Origin: Macrostomum lignano
Lineage: Eukaryota
DNA length: 64,000 nt
Assembly (NCBI GenBank): GCA_002269645.1
Contig: NIVC01000687.1
Coordinates: 100,624 to 164,623, forward strand
Reading direction: 5' to 3'
A program made the translations under genes and the position numbers. This document shows, one piece after another, positions 21,401-36,400 of this stretch; position 1 is the first letter of the stretch; every line of letters starts with the position of its first letter. The notes beneath the pieces are model-generated. The model was not told where the DNA came from, did not search any database, and saw only the letters and a list, made by a program, of their open reading frames with translations.

Positions 21401-24400
21401 TAATAGATAAAGTTGGGGGGAGGGTTCAACTTCTCACTACAGCTGTGGATTGGAGGGTTGATTTAGATTGCGCAATCTTTTGTTAACTTTACCTGAGGCT
21501 GATACTGACTGACTGTGAAATCGGTTGCGCAATGAATTGATTCAATTAGTTCAATATTTTTATCTGTGCCTTTTAACACGAAGCTGTGCGTAGTTCTAAC
21601 CCTAACCCTAACCCTAACCCTAATGAATCTGGCGAGTTGAGTTGTTTGACGGAAAAAATTCGATTAAGTCAAGTTTAGCGGAGACGATTTCAATGTTTAA
21701 ATTCTGACGGAGAAGATTTCTGTTTCGTGGAGAGGATTTCGATGATGTTCAGTTTCACGAAAGGATTTCCATGGTGTTCAGTTTCACGGAGAGGATTTCG
21801 ATCATGTTCAGCTTCACGGAGAGGCTTTCTGTTTCGCTGAGATAATTTATGATTGATTTCTGTTTTATGGAAACAATTTTGATGGATTCAGGTTTCAAGG
21901 AGAGGATTTCGAAGGAGTCCAGTTTCACTGAGAGGATTTCGATGGTTTTTAGTTGCACAGACAGGATTTTTGCTTCGCGGAGAGGATTTGATGGATTTGG
22001 CATCTTCAATCAGTCAGAGAAGAGAGTAAAGAGAAGACTGAAAAGAGAAGAGAGAAGAGATGATAGAAAACAGAGTAAAATTGAGTGGAGAGATTAGACA
22101 TGACAGATTGGAGATGATAGGAGAGAGAATAGATGAGGGATAAGAGCGTACAGAGGCAATAGAAGAGAGGGGAGAGTAGAGGAGAAAGAAAGAGTGAGAT
22201 GAGGAGATGAGGAGATGAGGGATGAGAGAGGAGGGGAGAGAGGAGACAGGAGAGAGTACAGACGAAAGACTAGGGAGAAGATATAAATAAGGTAGTAAAG
22301 ATGAGAGGAGAGAGAGGAGAGAGAAGCGAAAGGAGAAGAGAGTGAGGAGAGAGGAGAGAGATGAAAGGAGCAAGGAAAGGAGAAAAGAGAGAATGGAGAG
22401 AATAGAAAAGAGAGAAGAGAAGAGACAGGGGATAGTGAAAAGGAGGAAGAAAGATGGGAGACAAGAAAGTAGTGTCAGAGCGTATATGAAATATGAGAAA
22501 TGAGAGCAGAGAGAAGAGAAAAGAGAAGAGAGAGAGAGGGTTAAGAGAGACGATAGATAAGTGAGTAGAGATGACATATGAGAGAGGAGAGAAGAGGGAG
22601 AGATAAGAGTGAAGAGAGGAGACAGAAGACAGGAGAAGGTACAGACGAAAGACGAGGGAGAAGAGATAAATAAGGGAGCAGGGGTAGAGATGAGATGAAG
22701 AGAGGAGAGAGGAGATATGAGAGACTTGAGAGTCTTTGAGCTATGGTCTTTGAAAGATTTTGTAAAGAATTTGGAGACGATTTGGAAGATAGGGTTAAAG
22801 ACATGGAATTTCAGTTGATGGATATTTCAGGGAATAGAATTCCGGTGATGGGAGTTCTTCCCCTTTCTCCTCCGAAGGAGGAGTTCCACTCGTATATACT
22901 AAAGTTGACGCGTTGTTTGTCTGTCTGTCTGTCTGTGTGTCTGTCATTTCGACAACTCCTCCTTGAATAGTGCCAACTCAGCGTTGAAACTTATATGGGA
23001 AGATTGGAAATTATCCGAGGTCGGCTATAGGCTATTTTAATTCTGAAATTTTAATTTCTAAGATCCTCAAAAAAGCAGAAAACGGCGGTCTTGACCTTTG
23101 ATAATCTTAATTGTCCCCTCTTTCTGCTTGGAGCTGAAAATTTGCATGAATTTCAAGTGATTGCGCCACAACTTTTCCCTATCTCTGCAGTGTATTTTCT
23201 CTCCAGTGGGGGATGGGGCGTTCTAAATGGCTGCATGTGTACAATCGGACCCTGGCTCACCGGCTGACTTTATAGACAATTGCGCAAAGATTTGTGTTCT
23301 AATTTTCAATAGGCAGCCCTGTGTTTTGTTGAACCTTGAAATTCAATGCATAAACTTGCGGGCCTCTTTAGCAGGCAGTGAACGTACAATTGATATTTCA
23401 ATGCTTTAAATCAGAAAGTTTCAAACGCAAACTGTTGCTCGAGTTTTTAACTTTGAGAGAAAAAATTAATATTGCTGGAAAGAACTTGCAAAGCTGATTT
23501 CAGGGATATAAATTGTTTGCTTTAAATATGAAAAGAAAAAGCACAGCATTGAAAAAACTATTTCCATACTTTTAACTTTCTGCAAAAATTGTACTCAGTT
23601 TTGCGAGACGTAATAGATAAAGTTGGGGGAGAGTTCAACTTCTCACTGCTGCTGTGTATTGGAGGGTTGATTTAGATTGCGCAATGTTTTTGTTAACTTT
23701 AACTGAGACTGATACTGACTGACTGAGAAATCGGTTGCACAATCAATTGATTCAATTGGTTCAATTTTTTATTTGAACACGCAGCTGTGTGTAGCTCTAA
23801 CCCTAACCCTAACCCTAACAATAACCCTAACCAATGAATCCTGATATTTATTTTTTTGACGGAGAAAATTTCGATTGAGTCCAGTTTAAAAGAGAGAATT
23901 TCGATGGTTTTCAGTTTCACGGAAAGGATTTCGAAGGAGTCCAGTTTCACGGAGAGGATTTCGATGGTTTTCAGTTGCACGGACAGGATTTCTGCTTCGC
24001 GGAGAGGATCTTGATGGATTTGGCATCTTCAATCAGTCAGAGAAAAGAGTAAAGAGAAGAATGAAAGCAGAAGAGAGATGAGATGATAGAAAACAGAGTA
24101 GAAATAAGTGGAGATATTAGACATGACAGATTGGAGAGAAGAGGGGATTTAGGCGGGAACGAAGAGGGAGAGAGAAGAAAAGAGGAGAGAGGAGAGAAAA
24201 TAGATTAGGGATAAGAGCGTACAGAGAAAATAGAAGAGAGGGGAGAGTAGAGGAGAAAGAAAGAGTGAGATGAGGGGATGAGGGATGAGAGAGGAGGGGA
24301 GACAGGAGAGACAAGAAAGGAGAAAAGAGGGGAGAAAGGAGAAAGGAGAGAGTAGAGACGAAGGACCAGTTAGAAGATATAAATACGGCAGTAGAGATGA

Positions 24401-27400
24401 GAGAAGAGATAAGAGAGAGAAGCGAGAGAAGAAGCGAGAGGAGAAGAGAAAGAGGAGAGAGGAGAGAGATGAAATAGATAAGAGAGTTAAGAGAGGAAAG
24501 TAGTGAGGAGAGGAGAGATGAGAGATGCGATGATAAGAGATGAGTAACAACATAAGAGAGAAGAGAGAAGAGAGGGGAGAAGATAAAAGGAGCAAGGGGA
24601 GGAGAAAAGAGAGAATGGAGAGGATAGAAAAGAGAGAAGAGAAGAGACAGGGAAAAGTGGAAAGGAGGAAAGAAAGATTGAGACAAGTAAGTGGAGTGTG
24701 AGAGCGTATATGAGATATGAGAAATGAGAGCAGAGAGGAAAGAAAAGAGAAGAGAGAGAGGGTTAAGAGAGACAATAGATAAGTGAATAGGGATGACATA
24801 TAAAAGAGGAGAGAAGAGGGAGAGATAAGAGAGAAGAGAGAAGACAGGAGACAGAAGTGAAGAGGAGAGATATGAGAGAAGAGAGGAGACAAGAGACAGG
24901 AGAGGGTACAGACGAAAGACGAGGGAGAAAACATAAATAAGGGAGTACGGGTAGAGATGAGATGAGAGAGGAAGAGAGAAGAGAGTCACGATAATAGCAC
25001 AGAGTGGAGAGAGTAGATATGAGAGACGTGAGAGTCTTTGAGCTATGGTCTTTGAAAGGTTTTCTAAAGAATTTGGAGACGATTTGGAAGATAGGGTTCA
25101 AGACATGGAATTTCAGTTGATGGATATTTCAGGGAATGGAATTCCGGTGATGGGAGTTCTTCCCCTTTCTCCTCCGAAGGAGGAGTTCCACTTTCTCTAT
25201 CTTAATACTAAAACTGGTGCGTTGTTTGTCTGTGTGTGTGTGTGTTTGTTGGATATCTCCTCCTAGAATACTTGCAAGTCAGCGTTGAAACTTATGTGGG
25301 AAAACTGCAAATTTTCCGAGGATGGCTTTAGGCTATTTTAATCTTTTATTTTTACATTTTAAGATCCCTAAAAAAGCAGAAAACGGCAATTCTGACCTTT
25401 GATAATCTTAATTGTCCTCTCTTTCCGCTCGGAGCTGAAAATTTGCATGAATTTTGAGTGATTACGCAACAACTTTTTCCTATCTCGGCAGTGTATTTTC
25501 TCTCCAGTGGGGGGATGGGGGCGTTCTCAGTGGCGGCGTGTGTACACTTGGATCCTGGCTCACTGGCTGACTGTATAGATAATTGCGCAATGATTTGGCT
25601 ACTGATAAGTTTTCTTGCCTCTCAATGGGCAGCCCTGTGTATTTGTTGGACATTGAAATTCAATGCATCAGCTAGCAAGCAGGTAGTTAACGTACACTCG
25701 ATACTTCAATGCTATAAATCAGACAGTTTCAAACGCTAACTGCTCTTCGAGTTCTAAATGTTAAGAGAAGAGACTTATACTGCTGAATAGATCTTGCAAC
25801 ACTGAGTTCGAGGATATAAATTGTTTGCTTTAAATAGAAAAACTAAAAGCACAGCATCAAAAAAACTATTTCCAGACTTTTAGCTTTCTGCAAAGATTGT
25901 ACTCATTTTGGGGTTCAATGGGCGTTCGACCGACCCCCCAACAGTTGGGGGTTCAATTTCTAACTGCCACTGCGTAGTGGAAGGGGGTCGGGCGCTGTGT
26001 ACTGGAGGGTTGATTTAGATTGCGCAAACTTTTTGTTAACTTGAACTGAGACTGATACTGACTGACTGTGAAATCGGTTGCGCCATCAATTTGTTTTATT
26101 ATCTGTGCCTTTCAATAGGCTGCCCTGTGAAGTTTTGGACATTGAAATTCAATGCATAAACTTGCGAGCCTCTTTAGCAGGCAGTGAACGTACACTCGAT
26201 ATTTCAATGCTTTAAATCAGAAAGTTTCAAACGCAAACTGTTGCTCGAGTTTCTAACTTTGATAGGAGAAACTTATATTGCTGGAAAGATCTTGCAACGC
26301 TGAGTTCGGGGATATAATTTGTTATCTTTAAATATGAAAAGAAAAATCACAGCATTTAAAAAAACTATTTCCATGCTTTTAATTTTCTGCAAAAATTGTT
26401 CTCAGTTTTGCGAGACGTAATAGATAAAGTTGGGGGGGGAGGGTTCAACTTCTCACTGCTGCTGTGTATTGGAGGGTTGAATTAGATTGCGCAATGTTTT
26501 TGTTAACTTTAACTGAGACTGATACTGACTGACTGAGAAATCGGTTGCGCAATGAATTGATTCAATTAGTTCAATATTTTTATCAGTGCCTTTTAACACG
26601 AAGCTGTGCGTAGTTCTAACCCTAACCCTAACCCTAACCCTAACCAATGAATCTGGAGAGTTGAGTTGTTTGACGGAAAAAATCGATTGAGTCCAGTTTA
26701 GCGGAGACGATTTCAATGTTTTAATTTTGACGGAGAGGATTTCTGTTTGGTGGAGAGGATTTCTATTTCTCGGAGGGGATTTTGATGAATGTCAGTTTCA
26801 CGGAGAGGTGTTTGATGGAGTTCTCTTTTACGGAGAAGATTTCGATGATGTTCAGTTTCGCGGAGAGGAGTTGGATGATGGGATTCAGGGAATGGCATTT
26901 CAGGGAATGGAGTACCGGTGATGGGAATTCTTCCCCTTTCTCCTCCAGAGGAGGAGTTGGCCTCGTATATACTAAAGTTGACGTGTTGTTTGTCTGTCTG
27001 TCTGTCTGTCATTTCGACAACTCCTCCTTGAATAGTGCCAACTCAGCGTTGAAACTTATATGGGAAGATTGGAAATTATCCGAGGTCGGCTATAGGCTAT
27101 TTTAATTCTGAAATTTTAATTTCTAAGATCCTCAAAAAAGCAGAAAACGGCGGTCTTGACCTTTGATAATCTTAATTGTCCCCTCTTTCTGCTTGGAGCT
27201 GAAAATTTGCATGAATTTCAAGTGATTGCGCCACAACTTTTCCCTATCTCTGCAGTGTATTTTCTCTCCAGTGGGGGGATGGGGCGTTCTAAATGGCTGC
27301 ATGTGTACAATCGGACCCTGGCTCACTGGCTGACTTTATAGACAATTGCGCAAAGATTTGTGTTCTAATTTTCAATAGGCAGCCCTGTGTTTTGTTGAAC

Positions 27401-30400
27401 CTTGAAATTCAATGCATAAACTTGCGGGCCTCTTTAGCAGGCAGTGAACGTACAATTGATATTTCAATGCTTTAAATCAGAAAGTTTCAAACGCAAACTG
27501 TTGCTCGAGTTTTTAACTTCGAGAGAAAAAATTAATATTGCTAGAAAGAACTTGCAAAGCTGATTTCAGGGATATAAATTGTTTGCTTTAAATATGAAAA
27601 GAAAAAGCACAGCATTGAAAAAACTATTTCCATACTTTTAACTTTCTGCAAAAATTGTACTCAGTTTTGCGAGACGTAATAGATAAAGTTGGGGGGAGAG
27701 TTCAAATTCTCACTGCTGCTGTGTATTGGAGGGTTGATTTAGATTGCGCAATGTTTTTGTTAACTTTAACTGAGACTGATACTGACTGACTGAGAAATCG
27801 GTTGCGCAATCAATTGATTCAATTGGTTCAATTTTTTATTTGAACACGCAGCTGTGTGTAGCTTTAACCCTAACCCTAACCCTAACAATAACCCTAACCA
27901 ATGAATCCTGATATTTATTTTTCTGACGGAGAAAATTTCGATTGAGTCCAGTTTAAAAGAGAGAATTTCGATGGTTTTCAGTTTCACGGAAAGGATTTCG
28001 AAGGAGTCCAGTTTCACGGAGAGGATTTCGATGGTTTTCAGTTGCACGGACAGGATTTCTGCTTCGCGGAGAGGATCTTGATGGATTTGGCATCTTCAAT
28101 CAGTCAGAGAAAAGAGTAAAGAGAAGAATGAAAGCAGAAGAGAGATGAGATGATAGAAAACAGAGTAGAAATAAGTGGAGATATTAGACATGACAGATTG
28201 GAGAGAAGAGGGGATTTAGGCGGGAACGAAGAGGGAGAGAGAAGAAAAGAGGAGAGAGGAGAGAAAATAGATTAGGGATAAGAGCGTACAGAGAAAATAG
28301 AAGAGAGGGGAGAGTAGATAGCGGAATGGGCGCCCGCGCCTTCCCGCTGTGTCCCCTCCGGGACAGCCCTGCAGCTAAGGGGAGAGTAGAGGAGAAAGAA
28401 AGAGTGAGATGAGGGGATGAGGGATGAGAGAGGAGAGGAGACAGGAGAGACAAGAAAGGAGAAAAGAGGGGAGAAAGGAGAAAGGAGAGAGTAGAGACGA
28501 AGGACCAGTTAGAAGATATAAATACGGTAGTAGAGATGAGAGGAGAGATAGGAGAGAGAAGCGAGAGAAGAAGCGAGAGGAGAAGAGAAAGAGGAGAGAG
28601 GAGAGAGATGAAATAGATAAGAGAGTTAAGAGAGGAAAGTAGTGAGGAGAGGAGAGATGAGAGATGCGATGATAAGAGATGAGTGAGAACATAAGAGAGA
28701 AGAGAGAAGAGATTAGAGAAGAGAGGGGAGAAGATAAAAGGAGCAAGGGGAGGAGAAAAGAGAGAATGGAGAGGATAGAAAAGAGAGAAGAGAAGAGACA
28801 GGGAAAAGTGGAAAGGAGGAAAGAAAGATTGGAGACAAGTAAGTGGAGTGTGAGAGCGTATATGAGATATGAGAAATGAGAGCAGAGAGGAAAGAAAAGA
28901 GAAGAGAGAGAGGGTTAAGAGAGACGATAGATAAGTGAATAGGGATGACATATAAAAGAGGAGAGAAGAGGGAGAGATAAGAGAGAAGAGAGAAGACAGG
29001 AGACAGAAGTGAAGAGGAGAGATATGAGAGAAGAGAGGAGACAAGAGACAGGAGAGGGTACAGACGAAAGACGAGGGAGAAAACATAAATAAGGGAGTAC
29101 GGGTAGAGATGAGATGAGAGAGAGGAGAGAGAAGAGAGTCACGATAATAGCACAGAGTGGAGAGAGTAGATATGAGAGACGTGAGAGTCTTTGAGCTATG
29201 GTCTTTGAAAGGTTTTGTAAAGAATTTGGAGACGATTTGGAAGATAGGGTTCAAGACATGGAATTTCAGTTGATGGATATTTCAGGGAATGGAATTCCGG
29301 TGATGGGAGTTCTTCCCCTTTCTCCTCCGAAGGAGGAGTTCCACTTTAATACTAAAAGTGGTGCGTTGTTTGTCTGTATGTATGTCAGTTCGATAACTCC
29401 TCCTAGAATACTTGCAACTCAGCGTTGAAACTTATATGGGAAAACTGCAAATTTTCCGAGGATGGCTTTAGGCTATTTTAATCTTTCATTTTCAATTTTT
29501 AAGATCCCTAAAAAAGCAGAAAATGGCGGTCTTGACCTTTAATAATCTTAATTGTCCCCTCTTTCTGCTTGGAGCTGAAAATTTGCATCAATTTTAGTGA
29601 TTGCGCCATAAAATTTTTCTATCTTGGCAGTGTATTTTCTCTCAAGTGGGGGGATGGTCGCGTTCTCAGTGGCTGCGTGTGTACACTTGAACCCTGGCTC
29701 ACTGACTGACTTTATAGACAATTGCGCAACTATTTGTGTTCTGTTTTTTAACAGGAAGCCCTGTGTATTTTTTGCACAGTGAAATTCAGTGCATTTTAAT
29801 GCATAAACTTGCGAGCATCTTTAGCAGGCAGTGAACGTACACTCGATATTTCAATGCTTAAAATCAGAAAGTTTCAAACACTAACTGTTGCTCGAGTTTT
29901 GAACTTAGAGAGGAGAGACTTATATTGCTGGAAAGATCTTGCTGCAATGAGTTCGGGGATATAAGTTTTTTGCTTTAAATATGAAAATTAAATTCACAGC
30001 ATTCAAGAAAAGATTTTCATACTTTTAGCTTTCTGCAAAGATTGTGCTCATTTTGGAGTTCAATGGGGGTTCGACCGACCCCCAATAGTTGGTGGGGGGG
30101 AGTTCAATTTCTAGCTGCACTGCGTATTGGAAGGGGGTCGGTTGCTGTGTATTTGAGGGTTGATTTAGATTGCGCAATCTTTTTGTTAACTTTAACTGAG
30201 GCTGATACTGACTGCCTGAGAAATAAGTTGCGCAATTTAATTGGTTCAATGTTTTTACGGCGCCTTTCAACACGCAGCTGTCAACCCTAACCCTAACCCT
30301 AACCAATGAATTCTGAGAGCTGGGCTATTTGACGTAGAAATTTCGATTTAGTCCAGTTTCACGGAGAGGATTTCTATTTCGCGGAGAATATTTCGATGGT

Positions 30401-33400
30401 GTTCAGTTTCACGGAGAGGATTTCGATAGTGTTCAGTTTCACGGAGACGATTTCTGTTGCGCGGAGAGGTGTTGGAAAATGGGATTCCGCTGATGGAGTT
30501 CAGGGAATGGAATTCCGCTGATTGGAGTTCTTCCCCTTTCTTCTCCGAAGGAGGAGTTGGCCTTTAATACTAAAGTTGGTGCGTTGTTTGTCTGTTTGTG
30601 TGATACATATCTCCTCCTAGATGACTTGCAAGTCAGCGTTGAAACTTACATGGGAAAACTGCAAATTTTCCGAGGATGGCAGTGGGCTATTTCAATTTTT
30701 TATTTTCACGTCTTAAGATCCCTAAAAAAGCAGAAGTAGTAAAACAATAGGGGAATTTGAACATCTTGCGTAATTTACAATTATTGCGCCACAACAGCCG
30801 GCCTATCTGTGCAGTGTATTCTTTCAACTGAAGGGGTGTAAGCTGGGCCGGTTGACATCAATTTTTAGCGATTGCGCCACAACTGTGTGCACTGAGAACT
30901 TAACCAAACCCCCTGTGTTGAGGGTGCTGGGGCGGCAGTGGAATTCAATGAATAAACTTGCAAGCCTTTTTAGCAGGCAGTGCACGTATGCGTACACTCG
31001 ATAGTTCAATGCTTTAAATTGGGATATTTCAAACGCCAACTGTTCCTCGAGTTTTGAACTCTGAGAGAAGAGACTTATATTGCTGGAAAGATCTTTCAAT
31101 GCTGACTTCGAGGATATAAGTTGTTTGCTTTAAATATGAAAGCAAAAAGCAAAGCAAAAGCAAAGACGATATTTCAATACTTTTAACTCTCTGCAAAGAT
31201 TGTACTCATTTTACGGGTTCAATGGGGGTTCGACCGACACCCCAACAGTTAGGGGGGGGGGTTGAATTTCTAACCTTCACTGCGTATTGGAAGGGGTCGG
31301 TCGCTGTGTATTGGAGGGTTGATTTAGATTGCGCAATTTTTTTTCCTAATTTTACCGAGACTGATACTGAATGACTATGAAATTGGTTGCGCATTCAATT
31401 GATTCAATTGGTTCAATTTTTTATCGGCGCCTTTCAACACGCTGCTGTGTGTAGCTCGAACCCTAACCCTAACCCTAACCCTAACCATTGAATCCTGAGA
31501 GTTTATTCCCTTTGACGGACAAATTTCGATTGAGTCCAGTTTCACGGAGAGAATTTCAATGGTTTTCAGTTTCTTGGAGAGGATTTCTGTCTTGCGGAGA
31601 GGATTTCGATGGTTTTCAGTTTCACGGAGAGGATTTCTGTTTCGTGGAGAGAATTTTGATGTATTTCTGTTTTACGGAGACAATTTTGATGGATTTTAGT
31701 TTCACGCAGAGGATTTCCTTGGAGTTCAGTTTCCCGGAGAGGATTTCTGTTTCGCGAGAGGATTTCGATGGTGTTCAGTTTTGCGGTGAGGAGTTGGATG
31801 ATGGGATTCAGTTGGTGGATTTCAGGGAATGGAATTCCGGTGATGGGAGTTCTTCCCTTTCTCCTCCAGCAGAGGAGTTGGCCTCCTAATACTAAAACTC
31901 TAGCGATGTTTGTTTGTTTGTCCGTATGTTGCAACTTTTCTCCTAGACTACTGGCAAGTCAGCGTTGAAACTTATATGGGAAAACTGCAAATTTTCCGGA
32001 CTGGGTTTATAGCTATTTTAATCTCTCATTTTCTCATTTTGAGATCCCTAAAAAAGCAGAAAACTGATTTCCTAACCTTCTTTGGCCCTCCTGTGGCTAC
32101 TCTGTCTCTCCAGTGGAGGGGTTGCAGTCTGTTTGTAAAAATAGCCACCCCAACCTCCGCCCGCGGGTCGCTGTGTATTTGGGGGGAGGGGGGAGTGGGT
32201 GCGCGTGTTTTAGCGTTCAATGCAAATAAAACCTCCGCGTGTTGGGGTGCAGTTAATTTAATCAGAATGGGGGGGGGTTGGGCTTGGGCTGAGTGTAAAT
32301 AGCAATAGTTAGGACGGGTCGAGATTCAATTGGTTTTATTATCGGCGCCTTTCAAGACGCAGCCCTGTGTATTTGCTGGGCAGTGAAATTCAATGAAATA
32401 AACTTGCAAGCCTCTGTCTCAGCTCAATGCAGCAAGCAGTTAGGGAATCGGAAAATTTCAAATGCTAACTGTTCCTTAAGTTTTAAACTCTGAGAGGAGA
32501 GACTTACATTGCTGGAAATAATTTGCAACGCTGAGTTTGGGGATATAAGTTGTTTGCTTTAAATATTAAAACTACAGCAGGGCATTTAAAAACGATTTCC
32601 ATACTTTTAACTTTTTGAAAGAGTGTACTTATTTTTGTGATAGGTCGGATATAAAGTTGGGGGGGTTCAACTTTTACTTGCCGCTGTGTATTGGAGGGGG
32701 TCGGTCACTGTGTGTTGGATGGTTGATTTAAATTGCGCAATCATTTTGTTAACTTTAACTGAGAGTGATACTGACTGACTGAGAAATAAATAAAGCAGTC
32801 AATTAAATCAATTAGTTCAATTTTTACTTATCGGCGCATTCAACCCTTTAAATTTACCCTTTTAAAGGGTAGGCAGCTCTGTGCAGCTCTAACCCTAACC
32901 CTAACCACTGAATCCTGAGTGTTGAGTTCTTTTTGACGGAGAAAATTTTGATTCAGTTCAGTTTCACGGAGAGAATTTCGATGGTTTTCAGTTTCACGGA
33001 GAGGATTTCTGTTTCGCGGAGAGGATTTTGATGAATGTCTGTTTTACGAAGAGGTTTTTGATGGTGTTCAGTTTCGCGGAGCTTATTTGGATAATGGGAT
33101 TCAGCTGATGGATTTCAGGGAATGGAATTCCGGTGATGGGAGTTCTTCCCCTTTCTCCTCCATCGGAGGAGTTGTCCTCGTCTTAATACTAAAAGTGGTG
33201 CGTTGTTTGTCTGTATGTATGTCAGTTCGATAACTCCTCCTAGAATACTTGCAACTCAGCGTTGAAACTTATATGGGAAAACTGCAAATTTTCCGAGGAT
33301 GGCTTTAGGCTATTTTAATCTTTCATTTTTAAATTTTAAGATCCCTAAAAAAGCAGGAAGCAGCAATTCTGACCTTTGATAATCTTATTTGTCCCCTCTT

Positions 33401-36400
33401 TCTGCTCGGAGCTGAAAATTGGCATAAATTTTGAGTGATTACGCCACAACTTTTTCCTATGTCGCCAGTACATTTTCTCTCCTGTGGGGGAATGGGCGCG
33501 TTCTCATTGGCGGCGTGTGTACAATCGGACCCTGGCTCACTGGCTGACTTTATTTTAACAGGAAGCCCTGTGTATTTTTTGCACAGTGAAATTCAGTGCA
33601 TTTTAATGCATAAACTTGCGAGCATCTTTAGCAGGCAGTGAACGTACACTCGATATTTCAATGCTTAAAATCAGAAAGTTTCAAACACTAACTGTTGCTC
33701 GAGTTTTGAACTTAGAGAGGAGAGACTTATATTGCTGGAAAGATCTTGCTGCGATGAGTTCGGGGATATAAGTTTTTTGCTTTAAATATGAAAATTAAAT
33801 TCACAGCATTCAAGAAAAGATTTTCATACTTTTAGCTTTCTGCAAAGATTTTGCTCATTTTGGAGTTCAATGGGGGTTCGACCGACCCCCCCCAATAGTT
33901 GGTAGGGGGTTCAATTTCTAGCTGCACTGCGTATTGGAAGGGGGTCGGTTGCTGTGTATTGGAGGGCTGATTTAGATTGCGCAATCTTTTTGTTAACTTT
34001 AACCGACGCTGATACTGACTGCCTGAGAAATAAGTTGCGCAATTTAATTGGTTCAATGTTTTTACGGAGCCTTTCAACACGCAGCTGTGTGTAGCTCTAA
34101 CCCTAACCCTAACCAATGAATTCTGAGAGCTGGGCTGTTTGACGTAGAAATTTCGATTTAGTCCAGTTTCACGGAGAGGATTTCTATTTCGCGGAGAATA
34201 TTTCGATGGTGTTCAGTTTCACGGAGAGGATTTCGATAGTGTTCAGTTTCACGGAGACGATTTCTGTTGCGCGGAGAGGTGTTGGAAAATGGGATTCCGC
34301 TGATGGAGTTCAGGGAATGGAATTCCGCTGATTGGAGTTCTTCCCCTTTCTTCTCCGAAGGAGGAGTTGGCCTCGTATATACTAAAGTTGACGTGTTGTT
34401 TGTCTGTCTGTCTGTCAGTTCGATAACTCCTCCTAGAATACTTGCAACTCAGCGTTGAAACTTATATGGGAAAACTGCAAATTTTCCGAGGATGGCTTTA
34501 GGCTATTTTAATCTTTCATTTTCAATTTTTAAGATCCCTAAAAAAGCAGAAAACGGCGGTCTTGACCTTTGATAATCTTAATTGTCCCTCTTTCTGCTCG
34601 GAGCTGAAAATTGGCATAAATTTTGAGTGATTACGCCACAACTTTTTCCTATGTCGCCAGTGCATTTTCTCTCCTGTGGGGGAATGGGCGCGTTCTCATT
34701 GGCGGCGTGTGTACAATTGGACCCTGGCTCACTGGCTGACTTTATAGATAATTGCGCAATGATATGGCTACTGATAAGTTTTCCTGCCTATCAATGGGCA
34801 GTCCTGTGTATTTGTTGGACATTGAAATTCAATGCATCAACTTGCAAGCAGGCAGTGAACGTACACTCGATACTTCAATGCTATAAATCAGACAGTTTCA
34901 AACGCTAACTGTTCCTCGAGTTTTAAACTTTGAGAGGAGAAACTTATATTGCTGGCAAGATCTTGCAACGCTGAGTTCGGGGATATAAGTTGTTTGCTTT
35001 AACTATGAAAAGAAAAAGCACAGCATTTGGAAAACTATTTCCATACTTTTAACTTTTTGCAAATATTGTACTCAGTTTTGCAAGACGTAATAGATAAAGT
35101 TGGGGGGAGGGTTCAACTTCTCACTACAGCTGTGGATTGGAGGGTTGATTTAGATTGCGCAATCTTTTGTTAACTTTACCTGAGGCTGATACTGACTGAC
35201 TGTGAAATCGGTTGCGCAATGAATTGATTCAATTAGTTCAATATTTTTATCTGTGCCTTTTAACACGAAGCTGTGCGTAGTTCTAACCCTAACCCTAACC
35301 CTAACCCTAATGAATCTGGCGAGTTGAGTTGTTTGACGGAAAAAATTCGATTAAGTCAAGTTTAGCGGAGACGATTTCAATGTTTAAATTCTGACGGAGA
35401 AGATTTCTGTTTCGTGGAGAGGATTTCGATGATGTTCAGTTTCACGAAAGGATTTCCATGGTGTTCAGTTTCACGGAGAGGATTTCGATCATGTTCAGCT
35501 TCACGGAGAGGCTTTCTGTTTCGCTGAGATAATTTATGATTGATTTCTGTTTTATGGAAACAATTTTGATGGATTCAGGTTTCAAGGAGAGGATTTCGAA
35601 GGAGTCCAGTTTCACTGAGAGGATTTCGATGGTTTTTAGTTGCACAGACAGGATTTTTGCTTCGCGGAGAGGATTTTGATGGATTTGGCATCTTCAATCA
35701 GTCAGAGAAGAGAGTAAAGAGAAGACTGAAAAGAGAAGAGAGAAGAGATGATAGAAAACAGAGTAAAATTGAGTGGAGAGATTAGACATGACCGATTGGA
35801 GATGATAGGAGAGAGAATAGATGAGGGATAAGAGCGTACAGAGGCAATAGAAGAGAGGGGAGAGTAGAGGAGAAAGAAAGAGTGAGATGAGGAGATGAGG
35901 AGATGAGGGATGAGAGAGGAGGGGAGAGAGGAGACAGGAGAGAGTACAGACGAAAGACTAGGGAGAAGATATAAATAAGGTAGTAAAGATGAGAGGAGAG
36001 AGAGGAGAGAGAAGCGAAAGGAGAAGAGAGTGAGGAGAGAGGAGAGAGATGAAAGGAGCAAGGAAAGGAGAAAAGAGAGAATGGAGAGAATAGAAAAGAG
36101 AGAAGAGAAGAGACAGGGGATAGTGAAAAGGAGGAAGAAAGATGGGAGACAAGAAAGTAGTGTCAGAGCGTATATGAAATATGAGAAATGAGAGCAGAGA
36201 GAAGAGAAAAGAGAAGAGAGAGAGAGGGTTAAGAGAGACGATAGATAAGTGAGTAGAGATGACATATGAGAGAGGAGAGAAGAGGGAGAGATAAGAGTGA
36301 AGAGAGGAGACAGAAGACAGGAGAAGGTACAGACGAAAGACGAGGGAGAAGAGATAAATAAGGGAACAGGGGTAGAGATGAGATGAAAGAGAGGAGAGAG

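Noticed and set aside
28319-28390. HDV-like ribozyme in the 59 bp insert (3' GCTAAGGGGAGAG resembles the HDV antigenomic J4/2-P2 end)
   Set aside because: I could not build P1, P3/L3 and P1.1 in the required order, and part of the match is the target duplication itself.
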